A stretch of DNA of 63,899 nucleotides, the filler included, from Neophaeotheca triangularis (taxonomy: Eukaryota), in assembly GCA_054600435.1 (NCBI GenBank). It is 4 parts of 4 records of this genome, joined end to end, with 100 filler letters (N's around TTAATTAATTAA, not from the genome) between each part and the next. Parts side by side here need not be neighbours in the genome. Positions count along the whole stretch, not along the records: positions 27,263 to 52,628 come from BAAIJX010000112.1; positions 52,729 to 62,693 come from BAAIJX010000125.1; 2 more parts are not named here. One strand, 5' to 3'. Made by a program: the position numbers and the translations under genes. Shown here piece after piece: positions 44,827 through 56,954 of the stretch; within the stretch, counting starts at the first letter, position 1; each line of letters starts with the position of its first letter. Under the pieces are notes generated by a model, which was given only the letters and a program-made list of their open reading frames with translations, was not told the origin of the DNA and did no database searches.

Positions 44827-45344
44827 CGCTGTGGATTCGGGTCCGCCGAGGGACAAGGAAGAGGTGATGGTAGAAGGCGCTAGGCGGTGGTGGAGATAAT
44901 GTAGTCCAAGCAGCGGGTGAGGGTGTTGCCGCCTGGAAGAGTAAGGTGGTGGTGAGGTCGAGAGACGAGAGGGGGTGGGCGATGTCGCTAGACTCGAGGA
45001 AGGAGTTGATGCTGGCGGAATAATGTCTCGCAGACGGAATGCAGAGGTCTGCTATGGTGCCGTCATCCGCGACGGTCTCAGTGGAGGTGTGGTTGCGAAC
45101 AAAGAATAGCAGATGCCAATGGGCGTACTGTCGTCGAAGTTGTTGACAGGACGGGGCGGGGTGGAAAGCGAAAGAAGCGAAGAGGGGGGTGGGGCGGAGG
45201 GGGGGTTGAGGTGCTCAGACGCCAACGACGCCAACGAGGGAAATGAGGTCAGGAGCGCCAAGCGGGAAGGAACGTTTGCTAACGGAAAGGGAAGGCACAG
45301 TCTGAGAGACGGAGAGGAGGAAGTCGTCATCTACCTTTACTTCA

Positions 45345-45418
45345 GCCTCACCTGCACTTCACCTCACCTCATCTAACCTCACGTAACCTCACGTAACCTC
45401 ACCTAAACTCACCTCACA
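45345..45418. repeat. Degenerate ACCTC / TAACCTCACG short tandem repeat
   Basis: cacctcacctcatctaacctcacgtaacctcacgtaacctcacctaaactcacctcac. Confidence 0.75.
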
Positions 45419-46189
45419 TCGTCTCGTGTTGAACAGCTGACTCTACCTTCAGATCGGGCGAGCCTTCAATTCTTGACTACCTAATGCAAAATCGACTCAC
45501 TGATCGACGTATCGAAGTAATTTTCTCGGGCGAGGAGAGTGAGGAAGTCTGCTGGATCCGAAGGAAAGTGACAGCCGTTCGATGTGTTCGGTCACACAAA
45601 ACCATCGTCACCCAGAGAAGATCATCCTGCAATCTCCAGTCTGCCCTCTGCTCTGGTGCAACATCAGCAACAAACACCAACTGTAGCGAGTGAGGGCGTC
45701 TGCTTACCCGACGCTGCAGGCAAACGCAAAAACAGATGCTTGAAATCTAGTTACCTACTAAGATAGCATCGGTCACAGTAATGTCACTTGAGCGGCAATG
45801 TCCTCTCATCCAATGAGCAGTCAAAATAAAGAGGTAGAGCCGCACGCAGGAGTCTCGTTGCAGCAAATCGCCCTTCTTCGAAATTTCCGACACGTTCGAA
45901 GTTGAACATCTATTCTTTGCCCTTGAGGCGGAAAGAGTGAGGCTCGTGAGGTCAAAAGAAAGAAAAGGTTGGAAGGCTCGGCGTTGTTGGGGATTTGCGG
46001 GACTTTTGTCTCGGCAACGTCGGCACTGAGGAAACACCAGCCAACGGCCCTTCCCGGCACCACTCAAACCCGGTACCGTCGTCTGCGCAACGCGCCTTTG
46101 AGAAAATCCGACTCGTCTTTTCAGCCTTTTTCGTTTGTTTGCATCACGCCGTCGACCCCTGAGATTATCGCAGATGTTTGATTGACAGG

Positions 46190-47968
46190 ATGTCTACCAT
46201 GACGAACGAGTACAAGGCCGAGAAGGAGGCGTCGGTCTCATGGCTGCAAGGTGGCGGCATCTGGGAAATCAATTTTGTGACAGCTGTTGCACCGGTATGT
46301 TCGATCGTTGGTGACACGCGACGCACACCATGATGACTGATAGAGTCGAACCAGGCCGCTGCGCTTCTTTGGGCTGTCCTTCAGACGAAACAGCGATTTT
46401 TCAAGCCATACACTCTCCCGGCGTATCTTACAGATTTTCTTCTTCACTGTGGATCGATTCTTTTCGCCACGACCGCGTACGCCGACTCCCCAAATGTGCT
46501 GATCGGCCTTCTCATCCTGCCTGCAATCGCAGCATGGCTCCAACCAGCTGCGGAGGCCAAGAAGGAACCCAAACCTCCAACCAGAAGGCTCGATGATAAC
46601 GGAAGGCGCATGGACAACTATGATCCTGAGAAACCTGATGACAGAGACCCTCTCCCGAATAAGCCATTCATCACCACTTACCGCGGCGCGATGATGATCA
46701 TCACCTGTACTTCTATCCTCGCCGTCGACTTTCCAGTCTTTCCTCGTCGCTTCGCCAAGACTGAGAACTTCGGCACCTCTCTTATGGATCTTGGTGTTGG
46801 CTCCTTCGTCTTCGGCGCTGGCATCATCGCAGCGCGCCAAAACCTAAAGCAGGAGCGGGAAAAAAGCGACGCCGGTTTTCTCGATGCGATGAACTTGCGC
46901 CTGAAGACCGCCCTCAGACACTCCCTCCCGCTGTTCATCCTTGGTCTAGTCCGTCTCTATACGGTCAAAGGCCTCAACTACGCCGAGCACGTGTCCGAAT
47001 ACGGCGTGCACTGGAACTTCTTCTTCACGCTAGCCCTCCTCCCGATCACCACAGCCATCTTCCAGCCGATTCTAAACATTATACCCAGCCTGAACCTCTT
47101 CGCCTTCATCATCGCCGTAACCTACGAGACCGTCCTCTACATGACCCCCCTCAAACACTATATCATCCTCTCCCCGCGTTACGACAACGACTGGCTGTCC
47201 CAAAATCGTGAGGGCTTCTTCAGCTTCATCGGCTACTTCGCCATCTTCCTCGCCGGCCTAGGAATGGGACAATCCATCCTGCCCCGCGACCCAGACCCCA
47301 AACCCACCACGCTGCAACAACACCAACTCAACGAACAAGACAAAAAAGCCAACGAGAAGACGGTGGCGGCCGCCGACCCCCTCGACGAAGACGCCGACTG
47401 GTTGACGTCGGTAATCGACCCGGCGGCCCACGACCCCAACGCAACCAACAAAAACGCCGCGGACCGCATCGAAGGCGCATCCATGGGTCTCATCTTCGAG
47501 GAAATGATCCTACCGCAGTCCCCCACGCTCCTCGCGCTCGGCAAATGGACCTTTATCTGGTTCATCTTCTGCCTATGGGCCATGTGGCGCTACGGGCCGC
47601 ACCTATTCGTTTCCCGCCGCATGGCCAACTGCGCCTACGTCTGCTGGGTCTGTTGCTTCAACTGCGCGCAGCTCTTCCTCTTCGCCGGGGTGGAGAAGAT
47701 GATGTGGCGGGATCTGTGGTACTCGCTGGATGCGGCGACGGAGCGCCGGAGGGCGCGCGAGGCGACGAGTAAAGTTTTGGCGGCTTTCAACCGGAATGGC
47801 TTGGTTTTGTTTTTGCTGGCGAATTTGCTTACCGGGGCCATCAATTTGAATGTCCAGACTTGGCACCTGGGGGATACGGAGGCTATGGTGGTTCTGGTCG
47901 GGTATATTGGGATTGTGGCTGGGACGGGGCTGGTGTTGGATCACTTTGATGTTTCTATTAAGCTTTAG
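46190..47968 (+). CDS. GWT1: GPI inositol acyltransferase (PIG-W); intron 46295-46354
   Basis: YKAEKEASVS..GG.IWEIN, ILAVDFPVFPRRFAKTENFGTSLMDLGVGSF, HVSEYGVHWNFFFTL, VSRRMAN and FLLANLLTG. Confidence 0.93.
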
Positions 47969-48583
47969 GGGTGAGTAAAAAGAAAGGGGAGAGGGAGTGG
48001 ATGAGTTGGAAGAGTGTAGTAGGATTAGCTGCTTAGGCAGTTCGTCCATGTGTCGTCGAGTGAACACTGCACAGTACAGCACCTTTACCCATCTCTTCAC
48101 GGCTGACTGACTCGTTCGCCCACATGCAAGGGTCAACAGGGTCCCGTCTCATTTGTGTAGACTTCCGGGTAGAAGTGCTTGTGTCTTTAGAGGGTTTGTG
48201 TTGTACAACAAGTGTTTGCAATTGTTTGTCTACGTGTAAGTTACAGTACGTTAAGCCCCACTTTGGGCATCTGCAGCTGCACACTACTACTGATGTTCAT
48301 CACACACTTGAAACGCGGGCATGGATCTTTAGAACTGCACGAGGGGCATTATTGCTTGGCGCGAGGCTACGTAACTGAGGCGGTGTCACAAGTGGAGACG
48401 CGACTTCACCTTCCACCTGGTAATTCACTACTTACCTACCTAAGGTACTATACCTACCTCCAACCTTACCTAGGTAGCTACTACTTCCCCCTCTTCCCTT
48501 CCCTTCATACCCATCAAGGTTTTCCAAGACCACACCCACTACCACTACATTACCTCTAGCAACCCCCACAGAGCCAGCAGATC

Positions 48584-51500
48584 ATGGCATTAAAACCTCA
48601 AACCTTCCTCCCTCTAACCCTCTTGCTCGTGCTCCTCCTCCTCTTCCACGCCCGCCCAACCCATGCCTTCGGCGCCGGCAACATCGCCAGCACCTCCAAG
48701 ATCGAGGGTCAAAGTTGGCGCCACGGCGATATCGAAGACACCCTCCTCACCCTGCTCACTGCGCGAGCATTTGGCCGCGGCAAGAAGTTCAGCAAACTCG
48801 ATGTCAAGCGCATCTACTTCGGCAACTGGCTGAGAGATTACTCGCAAGCTGTTGATGTTGGCACGGTCAAGTATGTTTCGTCTGAGGCCATTCGAATCTT
48901 GCTTTGGGTGCTTGGTGAGTTTTGATACTAGATTTCGATCACCCACCACTGGTGGTCCTTTGACTAATCCGGTAACAAGGCTTCATGAGCTTCGGCTACG
49001 GCACTGGCGAGTTCGAAGTCACTGGCAAGAGGCTTGGGTGCTACAGGCCCGAGGAGCACATCGACAATCCCAAAGACTACGCCGACAATGAGGACGCGAG
49101 GGCTTACCACCGTGCTCTACGCGGTCCAGTTGACGAGGAGCGCGAGCTAGCCATCGACGAACGCACTGGTTTGAAAGCCTACATCGCCTCGGAAGACTTG
49201 GGCATCACTACTTCGGCAGGCCTTGTCCGCAACCTTTTCGGCAGGGCTATCGATCTAGGCCGCCGTTACAACGAGACCAAGGACGACAGCGACCTCTTCG
49301 AAGCTTTCCGCCTTCTTGGAACGGGTTGCCATTGTCTGGAAGATTTCAGTGCCCACAGCAACTACACCGAGCTCGCCTTGTACGAGCTTGGCGAAAAAGA
49401 TGTCTTTCCCCATGTTGGGCGTGACACCAAGATGAGAATCCCGGGCGTTCGCCACCGTGTGTACCCAATCGTCACTGGCACTTTTGGGGGCGTCGATTTC
49501 CTGCATTCGGTCATGGGAGAAGTTTCTGACAAGGTAGGGAAATAAGTGACCGTTTTGTAATGTCCTTCATTACTGACATCTCTTCAGGCCATCCAAAGCG
49601 AACTGCAAGAGCTCGAGGGTACAATCAACGAAAGCTCTCAGGCAGACTCGAGCAAAGTCAAGGAGTTGCTCGATAAACTTCCTCCAGGTCTCTTCGGCGA
49701 CAATGACCAAGCCGGAAAAGCGGACGCTCTAGAGGCCGACGCCCAAGCCGAGCAGATGCACCATATGACTATCTCTCCCAAGGAACCCGAGGCCTTCACT
49801 GAGCAAGTCCAAGAGCTCACAAAGCACATCTATCCGATCATGGAATTCCACGACAACATCATGAAGAACATCTCCCAGACCATCGACAAGATCCCAGTTC
49901 TGCCTGATTTGATTGAGAACCTGCAGAATCAAGTCACCATCTTCGTCTTCTCTCTGCTAGCTCCCTACGTCCTTCCAATCATTCGTCAAGTCAAGGCCGA
50001 GCTTGAGACCGGGTCTAGCCAAGTCATCCAGAGCAGCAAGGATCACCAACATGCCGTCTTTGAAGACGACGAGGACACCAACCCCACTCATTCGATGTTG
50101 AGCAAAGATCACTTTTCGAACGTTCTCAACGAGCCAGCGGGCAAAGTCGCCGGAAAAATGCTCGAGTGGGTCATTCCTCAGATTGTAAGCTGCTGGGATG
50201 ACGAGGATGTCTCTATCCCCCGTACACTGGACCGCATCATCAATGGCGTCTTGCACCATCCGGCCGCCCGCGATCATGGCGAAGATGGTGCCAGCGATGG
50301 CAGACAGGCCATGTTCGCTGTTGTAGAGCAATGGTGGTCGGATCTCGACGGCGATCAGCAAGACAGTCTACGCCAGCAACTGAGCAGGGATGGCGTCGAG
50401 AATGGTTTCAATCACAAAGAAGGCGTCCACGATTCCGGCCACGGCTGCGGTAAACCCCTCGGTCTTCCCAACGCCAATACTGCTTCAAGCAGTAGCGCTA
50501 CAGGCGGACCCACTGGCGGAATCAGCATCAGTTCTATCCTCAGCGGTGGTAGCGGCACCGGCAACGAATCCAACCAAGAAAGCGACCACATCTCCTCCGG
50601 CGTTTCGCAAGCCGTTGGCGGCGGCATTCTCGGCTCCATCGCAGGCGGCCTGGCCGGCACGCTTCTCGGTGGCGCTTTCAAAGACAAATCCGGCGAAGAC
50701 GCCGAAACCTCTACCTACACATCCTCCGGCCGCAACGATGACGGCTCCTACAGCACTAACGTCATGCAAGCCGGTCATCGCCCTGAAAGCGGCCGCTACG
50801 AGGAACGCTACGGTCAGGCCGAGTTGACTGAGACTGCTTATCGTGACGGAGGTCACAGGGAGGAGTACGCGCGTTATGAGCAGGATGGTTCCTCCGGGCG
50901 GACTGGGTACGGCTACCACCAGGCTACGGAAGCGCATCCGATGCACGGCGGTGGTTACGAGCAGCGCAGCGAGTACCGTGTTGAGCGTCCTGGCGGAGAG
51001 TGGCAGAGCGAGGTCCACGAGCAGAGAACCACCAGCGATGGCAGGCAGTATGGGCACCACAGTGAGCGGCATCATGGCCATGGCGGAAGGGAGAGCGAGG
51101 ATGAAGATGATGAAGAGCGGGAGGATGATGATTGGGAGCGAAGGGAGAGAAGGCGGTTGAGGAGGGAGGCTAGGCGGGCAAGAGAGGAGCAGGAGGCGGC
51201 ATATGGAAGGGACTCCAACTACCCTGAGGAAGGCAGACGGTACGGTGACAGTCACGGTGGTGGTGGTGGTTACGAGGGTGACTCTTCGGATTACGGCAGG
51301 GGTGAAGGTGGCTATGGCTCTTCCAGCTATGGGCACGAATCCTCGGGTTACTCTGGTGCCAGCGGCTACGGGTCTTCCAGCTACGGCCATGGCGGTTCTT
51401 CCTATTCGCAGCAGCCTTCAGGCTATGGACAAGCTTCAGGCTATGGACAACAGCCCTCCTACGGCCATGCCCCGCCTGAGCACGGCAGCGGTTACGTCCA

Positions 51501-51744
51501 GCCTTCGGGTTACGGTCAACACCCATCTTACGGACACTCTGGTTACGGCCAAGCTCCGCCCGAGCATGGCGGTGGTTATGGCAGCGCTTATGGGAGCAGG
51601 GAACCAAGGTACGAGCAGTCAGGGGGTGGTTATGGGAGCGGTGGTTATGGCAGTGGAGGCTATGGCAGTGGAGGTTACGGGAGTGGTGGAGGCGGGTACG
51701 GCGGCAGTGGGTATGGGGATGGCGGGCATGAGCGCAGGTACTAG
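48584..51744 (+). CDS. het-c: HET-C domain protein with signal peptide and Gly/Tyr/Ser-rich C-terminal tail; introns 48915-48979 and 49534-49587
   Basis: FGAGNIAS..EGQSWRHGDIED, YFGNWLRDYSQA.D, EHIDNPKDYADN, HCLEDFSAHSNY and PTHSMLSKDHFSN. Both introns restore the frame. Confidence 0.92.
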
Positions 51745-52301
51745 GGAGTCATTGCGAGGTGGTGTTGTTGTGGCTTTGAGAAGATTGCTGAGATTGAGCG
51801 AGAGATTGCGCTTTCACGGCTGGGGGCGGAATACGCGAGATCACGAGGTATGATGCATGAATTAGAGCATGAGTTAGCCAAACAGCATGTGTTAGCGGGC
51901 ACAAAACACGGTATGCAGGATTTTCAAAGCAATCAACAGAACAAAGAACACACCCCAACGACAAGGAAGGCAGGAAGCGCGAAAGGTTAAGCCATGACGA
52001 AAACACCTCCTTTGTCCTCACTTTTCCGGATGCGGGCATGCCTCTCGCCATTGTCTAGCTAAAGACAGCCTGCACAATGGCCAACTGTGAGCGTAGCTCT
52101 TCTTGACGCGCCTTTACCTCACCTTCACTGCCTCACCATCCAATGCTCTAACGTGGGAGAAGTGAAGAGCACCGAAAAAAGCCCACCATGAGCCAAACCT
52201 ACCTCTCCTCCCTCTATCCAATCCCATCAGACAGCGCAACCAACCCAACAACGACGACCCCCTCAACTCAACAATCCGAACTCCCCAAAACGACAAGTAA
52301 A

Positions 52302-52628
52302 ATGGACCTCCCAACCACAACAGCCGTCTCGCCCAAAACCACCGTCGAGCCCCCTACCCCTGCTCCCAAACAAGCTTCGGGCGGAATGTACACCAACGCC
52401 CACTACGACATCAGCCCAGAAGAAGCCGCCTACAACAAAGACAAAATCGCCAAAGCCACCCAACGCGCCGCCGACGAGAAGAAAGCCAAGCAGAAAGTCC
52501 TGGTGTATCAGTACCGGGCCGCGGAGAGTGCGAAAGCGGTCGTGAAAGGCGGAGTGGGCGTGCTGACTTGGGGGGAGGTTGAGGGGTTTTTGGCGCGTGG
52601 TGAGTTTGGCCCTTTCCCCCCCCCCCCC
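52302..52628 (+). CDS. Partial hypothetical protein truncated by the gap
   Basis: Open frame from ATG 52302 (or 52188) into the spacer; possible GTGAGT donor at about 52599. Confidence 0.4.
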
Positions 52629-52728
52629 NNNNNNNNNNNNNNNNNNNNNNNNNNNNNNNNNNNNNNNNNNNNTTAATTAATTAANNNNNNNNNNNNNNNN
52701 NNNNNNNNNNNNNNNNNNNNNNNNNNNN
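52629..52728. other. Artificial contig-joining spacer
   Basis: N44-TTAATTAATTAA-N44. Confidence 0.97.
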
Positions 52729-53128
52729 TATTTCCATCCGGGCGGCCCCCTCCAACGTTGTTTCCATGGGTATTTAATATTTGGTGTATGGCATTCATTG
52801 TTGGTTTCAATGTAATTTAACCCCCCCCCCCCCCCCCCCCCCCTCGGTCCCATCGGACTCCTAATAATTTGTGCTTGCCGTGAAGACCATAGCTTTTTGC
52901 CTTCGGCCAGCTTCCAGACCCTTGTGCTTGAGAGGAGTCCGTGAGCGACCAATGGCGATCTGCCCCATTAAGATGAGTCGCAGATAGTTAAGCGTAGCAG
53001 CACCCACTCCGATCGCTCGGGCTGCTGTACTGGATAGTGTCGTGAAAGCATTGTTGTCGTCCGACTGTTCGATTGTCATACCCTCTTCGCTGCTTTTGCT
53101 TTTGTTGCTGGAACATTGTCACCCAGCC

Positions 53129-54325
53129 ATGAAGATTGACCACAAAGGTTTCGCCGTGCGCGCAAAAGAGATGCAGTCGACTGCCTGGCAGCGGCACGCC
53201 TCGCTGCCGAAGCAGATGCGAAGGGGTCTGCCCGCATGCTGCGTGCTGCTACTCTTCCTGCTAATGCTCTCGGGATCCTTTGGCGGCTCGAGATTCCTCG
53301 CAACCAAACATCCCACGTTCCCCCGGAAAGTGTGGCAAACGTGGAAAGTAGATCCGCTGGGGATGGAGCAAAAGGATTCGGACGTGGCGAAGACGTGGAT
53401 TGCAAAGAATCCTTCACACAGATACGAAGTCCTGACCGATTCCAACGACTTGGGCTACGTCGAGCACAACTTCGGGCCCGAGGGCTTCAATCGCCTTGAC
53501 ATCGTCTACGTCTACCGCCAACTCAACGATCGCATCCTGAAAGCCGACTTGCTGCGGTATCTGGTCATGTACGTCGAGGGGGGAATTTACACCGATATCG
53601 ACGTGGAGGCTCTCAAGTCGGCCGATCATTTCATCCCGGAGCGCTTCAACGAGGCCGACATCGACATGGTGGTTGGCGTCGAGATCGACGAGCCGGCTTT
53701 CATCGACCACCCGATCCTCGGCCAAAAGTGCCAGTCCTTTTGCCAATGGACCTTTATGTGCAAGCCGAGATTGCCGGTGATGCTGAACCTGGTGGAATCA
53801 ATCATGGACTGGCTGAGAGACCTTTCGATCGAAAAAGGAGTCACGATCTCCGAGCTCGAACTCGACTTCGACCAAGTGATATCCGGCACTGGGCCCTCTG
53901 CTTTCACAAAAGCCGTCCTGGCCGAGATGACGAGGAAAGAAGGCCGCGAGGTAACGTGGAAGAGCTTCCACAACCTCGACGAGTCCAAGCTTGTCGGCGG
54001 CGTGCTGGTCATGACGGTCGAGGCCTTTGCCGCGGGCCAGGGCCATTCCGACGCCGGCAATCACGACACTAGACACGCGCTGGTCAAGCACCACTACCAC
54101 GCCAGCAACTGGCCATCGTCGCATCCGCGCTTCAGCCATCCGATCTTGGGCGAAGTGGAGAGGTGCAATTGGGAGCCCGAATGCGTGCGCAAGTGGGACG
54201 AGGACAAGGCGGCTTTCGATGCCCTCACGCCGGACGAGCAGACCGAGCAGATCCAGCTGAAAGAGTTGGAGCCAAAGGATATGCCACCGCAGCCGTTCGC
54301 ACCGTTCGCACCGTTCGCCTTCTGA
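53129..54325 (+). CDS. GT32 alpha-1,6-mannosyltransferase (Och1/Hoc1-like), type II membrane protein
   Basis: N-terminal TM segment, FPRKVWQTWK, KADLLRYLVMYVEGGIYTDIDV (DXD), QWT and TGPSAFT. Confidence 0.9.
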   Translation: MKIDHKGFAVRAKEMQSTAWQRHASLPKQMRRGLPACCVLLLFLLMLSGSFGGSRFLATKHPTFPRKVWQTWKVDPLGMEQKDSDVAKTWIAKNPSHRYEVLTDSNDLGYVEHNFGPEGFNRLDIVYVYRQLNDRILKADLLRYLVMYVEGGIYTDIDVEALKSADHFIPERFNEADIDMVVGVEIDEPAFIDHPILGQKCQSFCQWTFMCKPRLPVMLNLVESIMDWLRDLSIEKGVTISELELDFDQVISGTGPSAFTKAVLAEMTRKEGREVTWKSFHNLDESKLVGGVLVMTVEAFAAGQGHSDAGNHDTRHALVKHHYHASNWPSSHPRFSHPILGEVERCNWEPECVRKWDEDKAAFDALTPDEQTEQIQLKELEPKDMPPQPFAPFAPFAF

Positions 54326-54664
54326 TCCGCCTTTGACGCGAGAGACGGTTAGACGAGGTCACAGATTCGAGCTTCTTTCGAACTGGTAGCACTGGGAAGG
54401 CGAGCTTAATGAGAGCGACAAGGGGCAAGACACCGCTTACAAATGCTCGCGAGCATTACTTGACTAGTTTCCCCAGCAGTGCCAAGGAGAACAGTGGACG
54501 ATGCTCAGCCAGCCACTGCAACACATGGACTTGTACCTATGTAACTTGGGCGTTCGGCGAAGTTGGTGGCGCGGCTGAGAGAAGGCGGGGTGGTCATCTG
54601 TTCTTTGCATTCTTTTCAGCATTATACCTTTTCAGCCCACGAGCTGGCTATAGATGAGAAACGC

Positions 54665-55957
54665 TTAATGCAGGAACTTCTGCTTCAAGTCATGAATCTT
54701 CGACGAGATGCCGTGCTTTCCCTTTTGTTGACCTTGCTGCCCGTTCGATGCGTCGTTGTGCATCGGCTGTTGCTGTTGCTGCTGGTGATGTTGCTGTTGT
54801 GGTGCAGATTGCCGCCCTTGAAAGCTCGGTTTGTTGCCCGGTGGGGTCCTCCCTCCTATCGAAATGGTAAAGAGCTCAGGATCACCGGCATTGACTTTTC
54901 CAGACTGATCCTCGCCCTCATCTGGCTGCACGTCGTCGTAAGCAAAAGCGTATCCCTTGCGGTCGAGGTTGTGCTCATGAACCAAGCGAGCATAGTGGTT
55001 CGTGATGGGGTGGTTGTAGAAAGTCTCCGGCTGCGATGGGTGACGCTCGACTTCATGCAACGTCGAGCGCACGAAAGCAGCTGCCAAACGGGGTATAATG
55101 GCGTTGCGGACGGGTGACGACCCTGTCGTGAAGGGACCGCTGTTGCATCCGAGAATGTCGGCCGTGTTGGGTTTCTGGAATTTCTCGCCACCAATGTCAA
55201 GCTCGTTACCTTTGACGCTCCCATTTAGCACCCCTGGGCCGGCTTGGGTATCGATTTGCATTTGCGCGCCCGAGGCATACTTCTGCCAAACTTCCTCGAC
55301 GTAAGGCTCGAAGTAACCGTCGAAGCTACCGCCGACTGCGCCGCCATGAGTCGCGTTCAAAACTCGGAGATTCTTTTTATCGTGTCTGACAATGAGCTTG
55401 TCCCAGGGCTTTCCGTCCTGCTGGGCCTGCTGCTTCATGCTTTCTGCCAATCGGTCAAGACCGTCGGGCGCCATGCCTGCAACACGCTGGACCTGTCCGG
55501 ACGCTTGTTGCAGCGAGATGGCGATGGGTACTCTGGGGACGAAGTCGACATAGCTGATATTGGCGTAGAGTTGCGCATCGTTCAGAGTAAACTCGACGAA
55601 TCCGAAATTGACGCCGGCGTTTGGGTCACTGGGGTTCAGAACACTCGGCTCGACCAAGGCAGGGCCGGGATTCAGCAGGAAGGTGAGTTTGCTGTTCATG
55701 GTAATCCAGAGACGGCCACCGGCTATCTGCGGAATCGTGACATGCTTTGTCTCTCCCGGCTTGCCCAGTGGAATGGCACAATCTTCGGCCAGTTGAGTTC
55801 CAATGGCAGATACGTCTTGGGGGAAGTAGAGGTCCTTGGCGTTTGCCTTGATGAAGCAACGCTGGCCGTTGTGCTGGATGGCAATGCCGGTGATGTAAAC
55901 GTAGACATTCTCCGTTTCGCTGTCATTTTTGAGGGCTATTCGCAAGGAGTCGGGCAT
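54665..55957 (-). CDS. GH64 beta-1,3-glucanase, no signal peptide
   Basis: GGRLW, FVEFTLNDAQLYANISYVDF, TNHYARLVH and GYAFAYDDV. Confidence 0.9.
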   Translation of the reverse strand: MPDSLRIALKNDSETENVYVYITGIAIQHNGQRCFIKANAKDLYFPQDVSAIGTQLAEDCAIPLGKPGETKHVTIPQIAGGRLWITMNSKLTFLLNPGPALVEPSVLNPSDPNAGVNFGFVEFTLNDAQLYANISYVDFVPRVPIAISLQQASGQVQRVAGMAPDGLDRLAESMKQQAQQDGKPWDKLIVRHDKKNLRVLNATHGGAVGGSFDGYFEPYVEEVWQKYASGAQMQIDTQAGPGVLNGSVKGNELDIGGEKFQKPNTADILGCNSGPFTTGSSPVRNAIIPRLAAAFVRSTLHEVERHPSQPETFYNHPITNHYARLVHEHNLDRKGYAFAYDDVQPDEGEDQSGKVNAGDPELFTISIGGRTPPGNKPSFQGRQSAPQQQHHQQQQQQPMHNDASNGQQGQQKGKHGISSKIHDLKQKFLH

Positions 55958-56249
55958 GGTTGCTGTTGGGAGTTGGCTTGATATTGAATTACCGGGTTTT
56001 GATATGTGGCGGAGATGGGCTTCAGGAGGAACGTGGAAAGTTCAGTAGCGGTGGATTGAAAAGAGCACGAAAGAGCACCAAACGTCGAGACTGTCGATAC
56101 GACGGAAAAATGGTCACCTACCTGGGAGTGAAGGTTGGCAGTGTTTGACTACTATGAGGCAGTAGTAAAATAGAGTAGACCACCTACCTTATTAGCACTA
56201 ACTGCTGCACTGCTCAGCCGGCGTCTGCAAAGTGGGCGGCCAAGTCTAG

Positions 56250-56321
56250 TCATTAATCATTAATCATTAATCATTAATCATTAATCAATAGTCATTAATC
56301 ATTAATCGTTAATCGTTAATC
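56250..56321. repeat. Heptanucleotide microsatellite (CATTAAT)n
   Basis: About 9-10 units, including CGTTAAT variants. Confidence 0.9.
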
Positions 56322-56954
56322 AGCAGTAATAACTAAGTACAGTACCTAATAAGTAATAATTTTGTTACATACTGTAGTAGTTATCACCTCATGCATCCAG
56401 TGACTTTATTTCTGGGCACCGTCGCGCCGAGACTTTGCCATAAGCCATACCTTACCACGGCAGGTAGGTTACAGGTAGCCCCCATGCCCCCGTCACTCGT
56501 CAGTGACCATGTATGATGTGGGTCCTTTGATTGAAGATTCAAGATTGGACTAGGTACAGTAGTAGTCTTTTCCCCCTCCTAGCCACATTATTATTATTAT
56601 TTCTCCTCCTACTCCTCCTCTCAACATTCCACGTGCTCTGCCGCTCTCTTCTCCCTTGCCAACATTAACATTGCATGCATGCTCTGCTTATAGACCTACA
56701 CTACCCTACCTCATCACTCGGATTTGCATTTGCCACTTCCCCGGACTCGCATCTCCACGGCTGAGACCCCTCGCAAAAGTTCAAACAATCCTTACCTTAT
56801 CTACCTTACATACTTACCTCCCCCGACGTCACTCGAGCGGGATATCTTGAAACGAAAAAACAACCTCCATTCATACCCAGGCCGACTACGCTAAAACACA
56901 CCCCGTCACATCCTACCTATTCTCACTTGTCGTCTCGAGCCATTGCGGCCTGAC

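Noticed and set aside
48584..55957. het-c + GT32 + GH64 as a non-self-recognition/cell-wall cluster
   Set aside because: It spans an artificial spacer, so linkage is unproven.
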